Positions 1-11,298 of a stretch of DNA of 64,000 nucleotides are shown piece after piece (position 1 is the stretch's first letter; every line of letters begins with the position of its first letter). The stretch lies in assembly GCA_951406725.2 (NCBI GenBank), contig OX597818.1, positions 108,500,001 to 108,564,000 of the forward strand, read 5' to 3'. The position numbers and the translations under genes were made by a program. The stretch comes from Octopus vulgaris (taxonomy: Eukaryota). The notes under the pieces are model-generated. The model saw nothing but the letters and a program-made list of their open reading frames with translations, ran no database searches and was not told the DNA's origin.

Positions 1-136
1 TTTCCCATATATAATTCTTGACATAGTTTTGAAAGTCATTGTAAAGTCACTTTGTGATCTGCAATGAATATGTGGAAAAACTGAGCAATGTTAGCGCAGT
101 TGTGCAGAACTTGTAAAATCTGACCAAATGCAATAC
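1..136 (-). other. Candidate host exon (splice acceptor, then possible start MTFKTMSRIIYGK running off the window)
   Basis: Minus strand reads TTATTTTTCACAG| with AG at 138-137; ATG at 39 opens 13 codons to the window edge. Non-repetitive sequence, no recognisable protein similarity. Confidence 0.2.
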
Positions 137-337
137 CTGTGAAAAATAACCAAGCCACAGTGAACAGTTGCTTAGCCAGATTTTCTGGAATTTACGTGTT
201 TCCTATGCACCATTTTCAAATAATATTTTGCTTGAAGTGTGTAAATGCTCAACAAGAAGATTGTCTTTAGATTATCTGTTAGTGGTTGTAAAGTGATGTT
301 GGGGTGGGGTACACACAAGCACACACATACATGTATG

Positions 338-1041
338 TGGAACTTCGTCGGCGTCCAACCACTGAGCTGAGCGCCGCCGGTTGTCGTAAAGAATCCACTT
401 TTCATTGCAAGTCACAATCCGGTTGAGAAACGGGTTATTCTTGTTGCGTAAAAGAAGGGAAGACGACACTTCGAAACTGTGGGGGTTTTTTTTTGGGGGG
501 GGGGGGGGGCACCCATTTCTCAAGTATTTTTGTTTTTCCAATCTCTTTCAAGTGATTGGAAATTGTCGTATACGTTACGTCTAATTCAGAAGCAAAATCT
601 CGAACAGTTGTGCGTGTATTGGCTTAGACTAAGGCTCTTAGTTGATCGTCGTCAACATCCGATGGCCGACCACTACGCTTATCATCTTCAAGACTCATCA
701 CCGTTACGAAATTTCTTGAACCACCATTGTGCTGTACTTTCATTAGTGGTTCCTGGGCCAAACGTATCGTTGATATCGCGAGCTGTTTCAGTAGCTTTTC
801 GGCCTGGCTTGAACTGGAATAAGAAAATTGTGCAAAATTGCTTTTTGTCCATGTTGTATTCAACGTTCCGGAAAAAATGGCCTAATAATTCAAAAAGAAA
901 AAGAGTAACACGATTAGATAGAGCGAAAAACGGGCTTTAAAATGATATATAAAATCAAAGTAATTTAGCGAAAATTAATTGGAAAATACATAATTTAAAA
1001 TCAAAATTTAAAATTCCGCAAGAACTTTCTTGACAACCTAA
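338..1041 (-). mobile_element. Truncated mariner transposon (Hsmar1/SETMAR-like), pseudogenised
   Basis: TIR TTAGGTTGTCAAGAAAGTTCTTGCGG (1041-1016) flanked by TA. From ATG 852: MDKKQFCTIFLFQFKPGRKATETARDINDTFG...WWFKKFRNGDES, frameshift, LEDDKRSGRPSDVDDDQLRALV...KWVP...PFLNRIVTCNEKWILYDNRRRSAQW. C-terminal half and second TIR absent. Confidence 0.9.
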
Positions 1042-1284
1042 TATAAAGAAAGATCTTGATGGGTATTTCAGTGATTTACACCACAACACTAGTTTAGGTA
1101 GCTTCTACAAGTAACCTGTGACAACATTCTGACGTCTCTCTGGGGAAGCATTTGTCTACTTATCTCGAAGAAAGTGGAATTAAGTATCAACGTAATTGAT
1201 TCCAGTATATCAGAAAACATTAGTACCTTTACAAAATTACTATTTGTAAATCTCACAACGAGAGATTTTCAACAACAGTACTTT

Positions 1285-1682
1285 GGAGTAAAGTTTATTT
1301 GCCAACATAACATGGCAGTCCTGGTTTAGGACGAATGTTGCTGTAATTTTAGTCCCAGGAGACATCGTCTCCAGCTGGCTATACGACACGATCTGTGTCC
1401 TTATATTTTCGAGGAAAGGAATCTAGCACCCCAACTCAACTCAAAACAATACCTGTGTATCGCCATTTCCGGGTTATTTCCCTTCATCAGAACAGAATAA
1501 TTGCGATACACAGATATTGTTTTGAGCTGAGTTGGGGTACTAGATTCCCTTTTTCGAAAATATAAGGACACAGATGTTGTGTCGTATAACCAGCTGGAGA
1601 CGATGTCTCTTGGGGCTAAATTACACCAACATTCGTCCTAAACCGGGACTGCCATGTTATGTTGGCAAATTATCTTTACTCC
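1285..1682. mobile_element. Long inverted repeat (arms ~180 bp) with a hammerhead motif in the spacer; probable Penelope-type terminal repeat
   Basis: Arm 1285-1463 (GGAGTAAAG..TTTGCCAACATAACATGGCAGTCC..GTGTATCGC) is the reverse complement of arm 1503-1682 with scattered mismatches. A diverged single arm occurs at ~52262-52350. Confidence 0.85.
1453..1495 (-). ncRNA. Minimal type I hammerhead ribozyme motif, family 2
   Basis: Minus strand: CTGTT-CTGATGA-A-GGG AAATAA CCC-G-GAAA-TGGCGA-TA-CACAG. Intact CUGAUGA and GAAA boxes, short stem II, stem I CTGT/ACAG, predicted AUA cleavage triplet. Confidence 0.6.
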
Positions 1683-2979
1683 ATTAGTGCCTTTATTTAT
1701 CTGCTGAATTAGAAGTTTCAACAACTTAGTTTATTGTAAGTCAATTATCCATTTTGGAATTGATACAAATATTGGTGCGGTTGATGTTGAGCGTACTTAG
1801 AACCAAAGCGTTCCTGTCGCAGTGAGTATTACTTGATTTGAGATATTTTTGGCTATTTTCCCTCGCAGATAAAGTGACCGTGAGTTTGATTCGAGTTGCT
1901 ATTGCTGTTGTTTGTGTAGTTCTAAGTCCTGGAGGCATTGTGAAAACTGTCAGTTTTACTCATATCTTTGTTCTTCTGTCAACGAAGCCATTTTTCTGAA
2001 GTAGGCTGGATAGTTTTGCAACTGTCCAGTGAATCAGTCAACCAATATTTACATATAATCAATCACTCAATGTTATAAAAAAAACACAATAAGCCAACAA
2101 ACAAAAGCAACTAAGTATTATCAAATGATTAATGAAATTTTAAACAACGCAGTATCATAATTAAATTCTGTACGGCCATCTTTTCAGATAATTAGCTTGC
2201 TTCAAACAACACCTACATAAAATCTAAGAAGACATTTCATTTTTCTTGTTGATTTATTTCAATATTTATAATTACTCCTTCAAAAAATAGTTAATATATT
2301 TTGAAATTCTTTCCTTTTTCGTTGACTATTTCCAGAATTATGAATATCTTATTTTAATATTTTGCCTGTTTGTGGCAATTACTAAACTGAGTTTAGTTGC
2401 AATAATATTGAACAACAGAGATCGAAATGTTATCAGTGTGATCAGGTATGTTGTGAGTTATGTCCGTTTTTATTTAGCCTTATGGGAAGAGATATCACGT
2501 GTCGTCCATAGTACAATGGGAATTAGATTATAAGCTTATATTTTAAGTATTAAATGCCTAATTGCCTGTGATAAGTCATTGTTAATAAGATAATTTCTTT
2601 TCAGGTTGATTCAATATTTACTCCTAAACAAACATTTCAACTGTTTTTATGCCTGACCGACATTGTGTTATTTATGAGAATGAAGATAGGAGATGACTTG
2701 GCCGAATAAATACGTTTTCTTTCTTTTATTTTTATTTTCATTTAGAAATAAAAGTCCTCCGTTCAAATCCAGTCTTTGTATTCATCCAAAATTAAAACAT
2801 TATAAAACGATCGAAGATCAAATTTATTGAAGCGTAGTAAAATATTCTTCTATAAAACTGATAAAGTGAAACGTTTGAAGACTAATACTATGCAAAAAGC
2901 TGGGGAATTACTACTGTAGGCGAAACCGACAGTGCAAATTCTCATTTGTAATTCTGTCTTAGCAGGTGACTTTAAAGAT

Positions 2980-3480
2980 CTTCCATAGACATCGTTGGTC
3001 GAATGTGTCCAGCTTTTATGCCATTTGCGTTGACATTTTTCATGTTTCACTGCTTTACGGAACATTTCAAGCTGAGCTATTTCTATCATATCGATAGTGT
3101 TGTTTGTTGGTGACCAGATATACTGCAATCGTTGCAATACGGTTCCTGCTTTGCCAATTCTACTGTTCCTATCATTTTTCGACTTCCTGCACATTTGATC
3201 GTATCATCCAGCTATGAGAAATTGTCCACAATTTACTGTCCAAAGATAACGGTAGGTTGTGTTACGACATCACTTGGCATCACCTTGGTCTTTTTGCAGC
3301 TCAGGGCGATCTGGCACACCTCATGCATTTGTCCCTCTCGTTATATATATGAGAGACAAATCCTTTACTTGATGTCTACTAGACAGTTTAGCTTCTCTTG
3401 TAGACATCTTCCTTAATTCCACACGCCACTTCCATTCTTTCCAGAACTATGTCTCGGCTTTCATGGCTCTCCTTACTCAA
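2980..3480 (-). pseudogene. Degenerate non-LTR (RTE-like) reverse transcriptase fragment
   Basis: ORF 2850-3194 contains DRNSRIGKAGTVLQRLQYIW, resembling the LINE RT C-terminal RIxKAxxxFxxLxxxW motif. Heavily decayed. Confidence 0.45.
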
Positions 3481-3500
3481 CTACTCCTGCAGCACTCACA

Positions 3501-3889
3501 GTGGAGGCACAATGGCCCAGTGGTTAGGACAGCGGACTCACGGTCGGAGGATCGCGATTTCGATTCCAAGACCGGGCGTTTTGTGTGTTTATTGAGCGAA
3601 ATTGACTAAAGCTCCACGAGGCTCCGGCAGGGGGGGGGGCGACCCCTGTTGTACTCTTTCGCTCCAACTTTCTCTCACTCTTTCTTCCTGTTTCTTGTCC
3701 CCGACTTCCTACGCAACCGCTGAGCTTGGATGCGCATTCATCCATCCGTCGATGCTCTCGGTGTCGGGGGTTGACCTGCTTTCTCTTCTGCGGGTCTTAC
3801 GCATAGCAAAGGACCACATTTCGAACTTCTCCTGAGGCGCGATCTTGCGAGCTCTGGGACGAAGACCGCTTCGCTCAACAAACAAACAA
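3501..3889 (+). mobile_element. Young tRNA-headed SINE with (AAAC)n tail and 12-bp TSD
   Basis: A box TGGCCCAGTGG, B-box-like TTTCGATTCC, CpG-rich body, tail CAACAAACAAACAA; GCAGCACTCACA duplicated at 3489-3500 and 3890-3901. Confidence 0.9.
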
Positions 3890-4408
3890 GCAGCACTCAC
3901 ATTCCACCAACAGGAAACCTTGCCCTATCCACAAGTTTGGTCGGTGGCTCACTCCAGGCTGTGTCAGGGACAACCTTCCGACCGTTATGAGTCTATGGCT
4001 CTACCTCTGTGGCAAAGGCACCGCTTCCTGATAATGCTGCAAGTTTGATTTATAGATAGATGAATAATGTGTGCGTGTGTGCACGCGCACGCGCACTTAG
4101 AAAGTAAATGGCTGAGCGAATATGAAAGAACAATGATAGAACAAAACTAAGGATAAATGAGAAGAACAAAGAGGGAAAAGAAAACAGAAAAGCAAAAAAG
4201 GGGCCGAAAATACTTTTATCTTTGCATTTCATGCTATATTTTACAATGCAAAGAAAATAAAACAACAAATACAGAATATTAATTTTTATCCTTTATTTTT
4301 ACAAAAATAAAAAATGCAGAAAACTTTGTAAGATAAAACAAACAAACAAACAAACAACTGGAAAACAAAAACAGAAAAATGTGAAAATATATTCGCTTGT
4401 ATACATAA

Positions 4409-4635
4409 AAGGCGGTGGACTGACAGAATCGGTAAAGTGGCAGATAAAATGCCTTGTGGTATTTAATTATGTCCCTTTACGCTGTGAGTCCAAATCCCAC
4501 CAGAGTTGACTTTACTTTTCATCCTACCGAAGATCGATAAAAAGCACGAGCCAAGTGCTGGCGTCGATTAAATCGATTATGCCCCTCCTCCCCACCACCA
4601 CCACCGCCACCACACTGCATTTCAGGCTTTGTGAC
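4409..4635 (+). mobile_element. Diverged copy of SINE family A
   Basis: Aligns by eye to 5394-5627. Other diverged copies at ~8335-8495(-), 9160-9360(+), 21803-22010(+), 54330-54490(-), 62085-62245(+), 62586-62800(+). Confidence 0.7.
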
Positions 4636-4654
4636 GATGCTATACATATTATTA

Positions 4655-4868
4655 TTATTACATACACACACACACATACATGCACACACATACATACATG
4701 CATACATATATACATACATACATACATCGACACTTACATGCGGATATATGGACTTATGTGTGTGTGTGTGTGTGTGTGCGTGTGTGTGTGTGCGCGCGCG
4801 CGCGTGTGTATCTATCTATGTAAAGATAATATATATGCATGCAGGCAGGCATGTATGTATGTATATAA
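4655..4868. repeat. Compound (CA)/(TACA)/(TG) microsatellite
   Basis: Seen directly. Confidence 0.9.
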
Positions 4869-5249
4869 TAGTAGAATCGATAGATCGATGGATTACATTG
4901 TAAATGATATTTAACTGCATCTCTATACTTTCTGAATTAGATATTGTTTTCCACCGTTTGACGGTCGATAAAACAGGGACCAATCAGATCGATATATCGA
5001 CTCTTGAGAATAGTGCTCCAGTTAAGTCAAAGTCCAATAATTGAAACCAGTAAAGCACTAAACACACACTACACCAATGGGAACGACCAAAGAATGGACT
5101 CTGTCCAAGACGGACATCTCAAAGAACACCTGGCTCTGGCTGATGTGCCTTGAGTGTAATTTGGTGTTCACTCAGTGAGAGTTTTTAAAAGAAACCTCTT
5201 GTGTTGATGTAACCTGCTCTTAAAAACGAATTCTCAGTAGAACAAAATA

Positions 5250-5898
5250 GTCATTCAGATTTCTGTCAAATGTAATCCTTATTTATTCAAATTGCTTTGA
5301 ATTAATAATGCATTATCTTGTAGCTTTGAGATTTTAATGATGTGATTGCTTACTTTTTTAGAATGACATAGTAGGATAGGTGTGAGAGGCCAGCAAGGCG
5401 GCGAGCTGGCAGAAACGTTAGCAAGCCGGGCGAAATGCTTATCGGTATCTCGTCTGCCGTCACGTTCTGAGTTCAAATTCCGCCGAGGTCGACTTTGCCT
5501 TTCATCCTTTCGGGGTCGATTAAATAAGAACCAGTTACGCACTGGGGTCGATATAATCGACTTAATCCATTTGTCTGTCCTTGTTTGTCCTCTCTGTGTT
5601 TAGCCCCTTGTGGCTAGTAAAGAAATAGGTATCTCGTCTGCCGTCACGTTCTGAGTTCAGATTCTGCCGAGGTCGACTTTGACTTTCGTCTTTTCGGGGT
5701 CGATTAAATAAGTACCAGTTACGCACTGGGGTCGATATAATCGACTTAATCCGTTTGTCTGTCCTTGTTTGTCCTCTCTGTGTTTAGCCCCTTGTGGGTT
5801 GTAAAGAAATAGGTGTGAGAGGCCAGATTTGGTCAGTTTGAACTTAAAACGGAGAATGTTTTGGCTGAATACGGCTGATTTAAGAGCTAATCGATTAA
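5250..5898 (+). mobile_element. piggyBac-like MITE interrupted by a SINE dimer
   Basis: Flanks 5250-5393 and 5809-5898 join into a sequence matching the uninterrupted copy at ~45280-45507; ends in TTAA. Confidence 0.6.
5394..5808 (+). mobile_element. SINE family A, young head-to-tail dimer with 18-bp TSD
   Basis: Starts CAAGGCGGCGAGCTGGCAGAAACG, B box GAGTTCAAATTCC, core GTCGACTTTGCCTTTCATCCTTTCGGGGTCGAT, ends AAAGAAAT. 5444-5627 is repeated at 5628-5808. TSD ATAGGTGTGAGAGGCCAG at 5376-5393 and 5809-5826. Confidence 0.92.
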
Positions 5899-6693
5899 AG
5901 ATGAGATGGAAGTAACAGCTTCAAGAACAGTAATTCATGCTTAACCGAAAAGTACCACACAATCAACCACTTTCCACTGATAAGGAACAAAACAGAGAAA
6001 ATCAATTGAGCTTTATTTTCAGAAAAAATAACTGAAATGGTATCTTTTTAAAACATTGGAAAATTCACTGGTGACGCCACACATTACATGTCCATTGACC
6101 ATCCTGCCTGTAGATCTTATTATATCCAGTGAATTGGGTCGTTGAAAATTGAAACAAGAATAAACCCATAACAACAGTTACTGAACACTCAAATACATTC
6201 ACTCCGATGTTGCATTGATATGGTGAGGATAGATTTAATTGTTAGTCACGCAAGGCTGAACGCAGACGGAACAATACAATGTAGAATATTTCTTTCCGAA
6301 AATGATCAAAAAGGATCGAAAACGTTTTGGGGCATGGACCCAAGGAAATAACGAGGACAGTAATTAGAACTATCGCAGAGAGTAAGTATAAACGTTCTGC
6401 CTATTGCTGTCATATTCTTCCTTACCTACGTTGTCATAACAACGCCAACTTTGGTTTTTTATCCTGTCTGCCATTGGGACCCAGTTTACTAACATAAGTT
6501 TTGTTTGGGCCAGAAAGCGAAATACAAACTAGCTTTCATCGTTGAATACTTATAGCAATTCATTAATTTATTTTCAGGTGAACACTGACAGCCATTTCTG
6601 AGGAAGGGAACATTAGATATACACGTTCTGCTTTAGGTTTCAAATATTTTACAATAAAATCGTTGTATTCCTCCAATATACGTTGAAGTAAAT

Positions 6694-6725
<32 letters not shown>

Positions 6726-6734
6726 TACGACATT

Positions 6735-6768
<34 letters not shown>

Positions 6769-6814
6769 CACGCACACACATGTGTGTGTGTATTTGTAAG
6801 TATAGAGATGTTGA

Positions 6815-6945
6815 TTCTCCCCGAGAACTACGTTAGGGGTACGCGTATCTGTGGGGTGCTCAGCCACTTGCACGTTAATTTCACAAGCAGGCTGTTCCGT
6901 TGATTAGATCAACTGAAACCCCCATCGCCGTAACCAACGGGGGTG
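6815..6945. repeat. Interspersed repeat fragment (SINE-like)
   Basis: Reverse-complement match to ~52620-52745. Confidence 0.6.
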
Positions 6946-9900
6946 GGCAGTTTGTGAGTGATCTCAGTCACTTGGCATTGAAACAATGGACCTTGTTTCC
7001 AGTGTTATCGTTCTATAGCAAGGTGGTTTGGTGGGAGTGAAGTGGAGCTGCTAAACGAAGATATATTTCGTTGACTGTGTGAATAATAACTGAAGCACAC
7101 TTGCGAACATTTAACTGAAATATTTATTGCCGTACATAAAGATATTTAGTGTTGGCTCTTCACAATGTGCAACACTAATAATTGCTGAATGGGTGAGAGA
7201 GAGAAACCGCGTTGCATCTATGGAAGTTACTTACGAGACGTTGTGTGAATGTTCAGAATGGATTTGTCTGAGAACCTGCAGTTGTCTGCACAAATGTCTA
7301 AAACTGTTCGTATGGCAAGAGAGGAGGTGCACCAAATAGTCAGCCACTTTCAACATTCTGCTATTAATTGAGCACCTAAAACGGTTTTTATAGGAAACAA
7401 AAGAATATTTGAGAAGACTATATTACGCCACAGCCTCATGCTGGTTGGTTAATTAATAAACCGATCTCGTGAAACAATGGTGGTTGCTTTTTTTCATAGT
7501 GTCTGACCGGTTATCCAGTAGTTAGGTTTCGAATTATTGTTATAGTCCTATTCTAGCATACAGGAAAACTTGTTTTTAGCCTATGGAGCTTATGTGGAGT
7601 TAAAAGAAAACCTACAGAATGAATGGCAGGTTTTACCGGAAGAAATAAAGCCCGAGTGAATTCAAATACCTAGTCTACACTAACACAACACTCCTAAATA
7701 TGTGTGTGTGTGTACGCTCGTTTTTTATAACAACTTATCGCCCTCTATTATACTACAAGCAACCTTATACTTTACACAAAATATGTCTCTTCTCATCGTC
7801 TCCATCTCTAACCTCACTGTGTCTCAATTCTCAAATCTCACGGATGCTGAAAAAAGCCCGTCGTACATGTATATAGGCGTGTGTGCGCGAGTGCGTGTTC
7901 GTGTGAATATTTACAAAGCAACGCAGAGCAACGCGTATGGATGTAGTACCTTTTTGTTGACCCGCCTATGGATAATGATATTATTGATTTGGTTAGGCTG
8001 CAACCAGTAAAGGTTGTTGATGTTTCCTCTCAACTAAATCGGCCACATACTTCTGTACTACTTTTGAATTTGTTTGAAATTAAAATTCCTCACATAAAAG
8101 AAGAGATAAGCGTTGGGACAGGAAAAGAATCTGGCCATAAAAATCCCAGCGCATCAATTCACTCTCGTCAAACAAAACAAAAGAAAGAAAAGAGTGTGTA
8201 TGCATGCTTTCCAGCTCGTCGATAATCATCGAATGCAAACATGCCTTGGCAAAAATTTTCAGCCCTTGGTTTAGTAAATAATCATTGCCCATTATCATCA
8301 AAATATCGATTTCAAATTTAGACACAAATTTACAAGGGGCTAAGTCGATTACATGTTCAACAGGTACCTACTTTATTGACCCCCAAAAGGATGAAAATCA
8401 AAATCTACCTTGGCAGAATTTGGATTCAGAACATAAGGCCATACGAAAGGCCACTAAGTATTTTACCCGGCATGCGAACGATTCTGCCAGCTTACTATGC
8501 TGAGCTGTTTTGAGAGCCGTGTGTACACCCCCGATTCGATTACACTACGTAAGCCCTGCAAATGCCCGACGTTGTTTCAATGTCTTAGATACAATGTCTT
8601 TGGTTATCTCAAGAAATATGAAGCATAAACGACAGCAAATATGCAAATAATATCTTCACCAAAGGCGGGGAAATAGAAGACGAAAAATGTTACGAAAATA
8701 AACATCGGAACAGAATATGTTTACTCTCAAGAATATTCAATGTTTGTTGGGGTTATTCTGCTGCACACCGAAGGATACACCATCAGAACAATCCTTGTAG
8801 CATTTAAAACATCGGGCAGAATGACGGCAGTTACACTGCTTGTGTAATGCCTTATTTTTTAGTATGTTTTTAAAGAAGACTACAGTTTAAATATTCTTAG
8901 CATCAAATGTTCTCAGTCTAGCGTTCTAGACAAACATTCAAAATCGTTTTCTGTGCTGGGGATTCAATTAGAAGAACAACATAAGGTAAGAAAATTTATT
9001 ATTTCCTTTCTAAGGTGGTTCAACCTTCCTAAAACAATATCTCTAATATCCTTTCCCTGTTGGAAAAAAAACTGCCGCCGATAAGATAGCATCTATATCA
9101 TTGGTTAACCCACTAGAAATAATATACTTGTCATTCATTGTTAATATACATCGTTTCTGAAGGCGGTGAACAGGCAGAATCACGAGGAAAATACTTTTGT
9201 GGCGTTGCGTCCATATTTACGTTCTGAGTTCAAATTCCGTCGACGTTGACTTTATCTTTCATTCTTTCGGGGTTGATAAAATAAGTACCAGTTAATTACT
9301 AGTAATCAACTTGACCTCTCCCTCGAAATTACTGGTGTAGTGCCTAAATATGAAAGCAATATACATTCTTTCTCCCCCCCCCCCCCAAAGAACAGTAACA
9401 TTGTATGATGTAATCTTAGATACACAATGAGTAAGAGATGAGATGGTGAATGCTAGTCTGACTTTGACCATTGGTCTCCTCGTAATAAGGGCTAAGCAAC
9501 AAGCAAAAACATTTGGTTTTATATTTTACCTTACATTAAAATGAACAGAAAGTGTTAAAATGTTCTGCTTGTATGTCGTTTTGTCATATCTCGAACTGGC
9601 TAATTTCGATCATTCTATGAATTTATAACATGACAGGAATGTAACTGAATATCGTTTGTTAAAAGATTGTTTTTAATTAATGACTTTGAAAAATCCTGAA
9701 TTAACATCTTCAAAGAAGTCATCATTTTTGTTCAAACTTATCTTTTTTCAGTCAACCAATTCTATTGAATCTATAGGGCTAGACACAAAAGTTATGTTTT
9801 ATTGTCTTTTCCAATTCTTAATGAAGTTGCATCTTTTAGACTTTATCATCATTAAGAATTGTTTGGAAATTTCTTAAGAAACACATCTGACAATCTTGCT

Positions 9901-9974
9901 GCTTCACTTCTTTTGTTAATAACCTCACCACAATATACTCTGTGATCTGAAAAAAGGACTAGTTTTATTGCTTT

Positions 9975-10565
9975 TGTAGTGGTGGTTCAGAACCGAACTA
10001 CTAGTTAGCCAGTCAGACATCATGACCAAATCACAGTAGTTTCATGTGATCGGTCCATTAAGCCACCAACTAGTATCTAGCCATCATGTGATTCGATTTT
10101 CTAGAACTTTTTGCTTGTACCCTATAAAAAGACCACTTTTAGCATCAAAACTTTTGGCAGAGCATTGAGACCAGCCAATTCATTCACACGTCTCACCTTT
10201 TGCCTGGCAGCATGTCGAGTCTCCATCCTTGCCATCTCCATTCAGTTAAGACAGATGGCTGATAATAGACAGAGGAATTTTCATCTCCACAAATATCGTG
10301 CAATTATTTTCGAGTTATGATGGGCCAACCACAGATTGCTAAATCAGTAAGTTTGTCATAACCTCCGAGCAGTATGTCTTCCCCTACTATTTAATTATTA
10401 CTGCTAGTATTTGTAAAAGACCAACACAATTGAAACACTGAGTGCCATAAAATCTTCTGTTAAATGTTTCCAGGTTGTTGTTCAGTTATTTCTTCACACA
10501 ACCTGAGAAATACATTTTCATTCAGCAACTCAGACCAGCCAACAACAACACAACATTTTCATTAC
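9975..10565 (+). mobile_element. Probable solo LTR (Gypsy-like)
   Basis: Starts TGTAGTGG, ends CATTAC; flanks CTTT/CTTA resemble a decayed 4-bp TSD; TATA-like CTATAAAAA at ~10122. Shares TTTTCTxGAA...CTATAAAAA.ACCACTTT with 19348-19390. Confidence 0.4.
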
Positions 10566-10629
10566 CTTACTGTAGTGTCCTAAATGCATTTCTCATTTTC
10601 ATAAAACACTTCATGAAATACAGCCAGTG

Positions 10630-10918
10630 ATCACGTGATCGATGAGACAATCAGATGTTGTTATACATCACTGGTCACAATGTGCTTTGCATCGTTTTAG
10701 CTTTCGAATGATGCCGCCTCACTGGCTAAGGCAGCAGGCCAACATTCCCTTTGATCAGAAGGCTATTCTGTCACAAGGTGACCCATTGACGACTGAGTGG
10801 ACTGGTGCAAGGTGAAATGAAGTGTTTTGCTCAAGATCACAACACACTGTCCAGTCTGGCAATTGAACCCACATTCTAGAGATCATGAGTACAACACCCT
10901 AACCACAAGGCCACATGC
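10630..10918 (-). mobile_element. tRNA-headed CORE-like SINE, diverged
   Basis: Minus strand: TGGCCTTGTGGTTAGG (A box), GGTTCAATTGCC (B box), GTGTTGTGATCTTGAGCAAAACACTTCATTTCAC. Related copy at ~53225-53335(-). Confidence 0.7.
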
Positions 10919-11298
10919 CAATAAATGCAGTCTGTAAACATCAAATACAGACGTTATCGTCCAATGTGGATAAAGTAATTGATCTACGAGTAAAACGTTT
11001 ATAAAATAGCTACACTTAGGGTTACTCCATTGTTTGGTTGCAGAATGAGGCTGCTCAAGAATGTCCATGATGAAAGGTCTTCCAGCCATGACTGTCCTGT
11101 CTTTTTATGGAGGGGTCGTGTATCTAGAACTGTTATCTACATTAACTTGATTTTTAAAGGATTTAAATGCTGTTTCCATTTTGGTGGGATTATAGTGTCT
11201 AACAATAATAAGCATTTATTTATAGCAGTGAGGATATGCATGTATGTACAGTATGTATGCATGTATGCATGCAATGCAATGTAATGTAATGTAATGTA

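Noticed and set aside
482-509. T and G homopolymer runs replacing the mariner WVPHEL region
   Set aside because: Most simply homopolymer slippage or a sequencing artefact in a dead element.
7968-8225. 85-aa ORF as a host exon (also 1741-1938, 31264-31530, 41108-41455)
   Set aside because: No recognisable domain or paired splice signals; lengths expected by chance.
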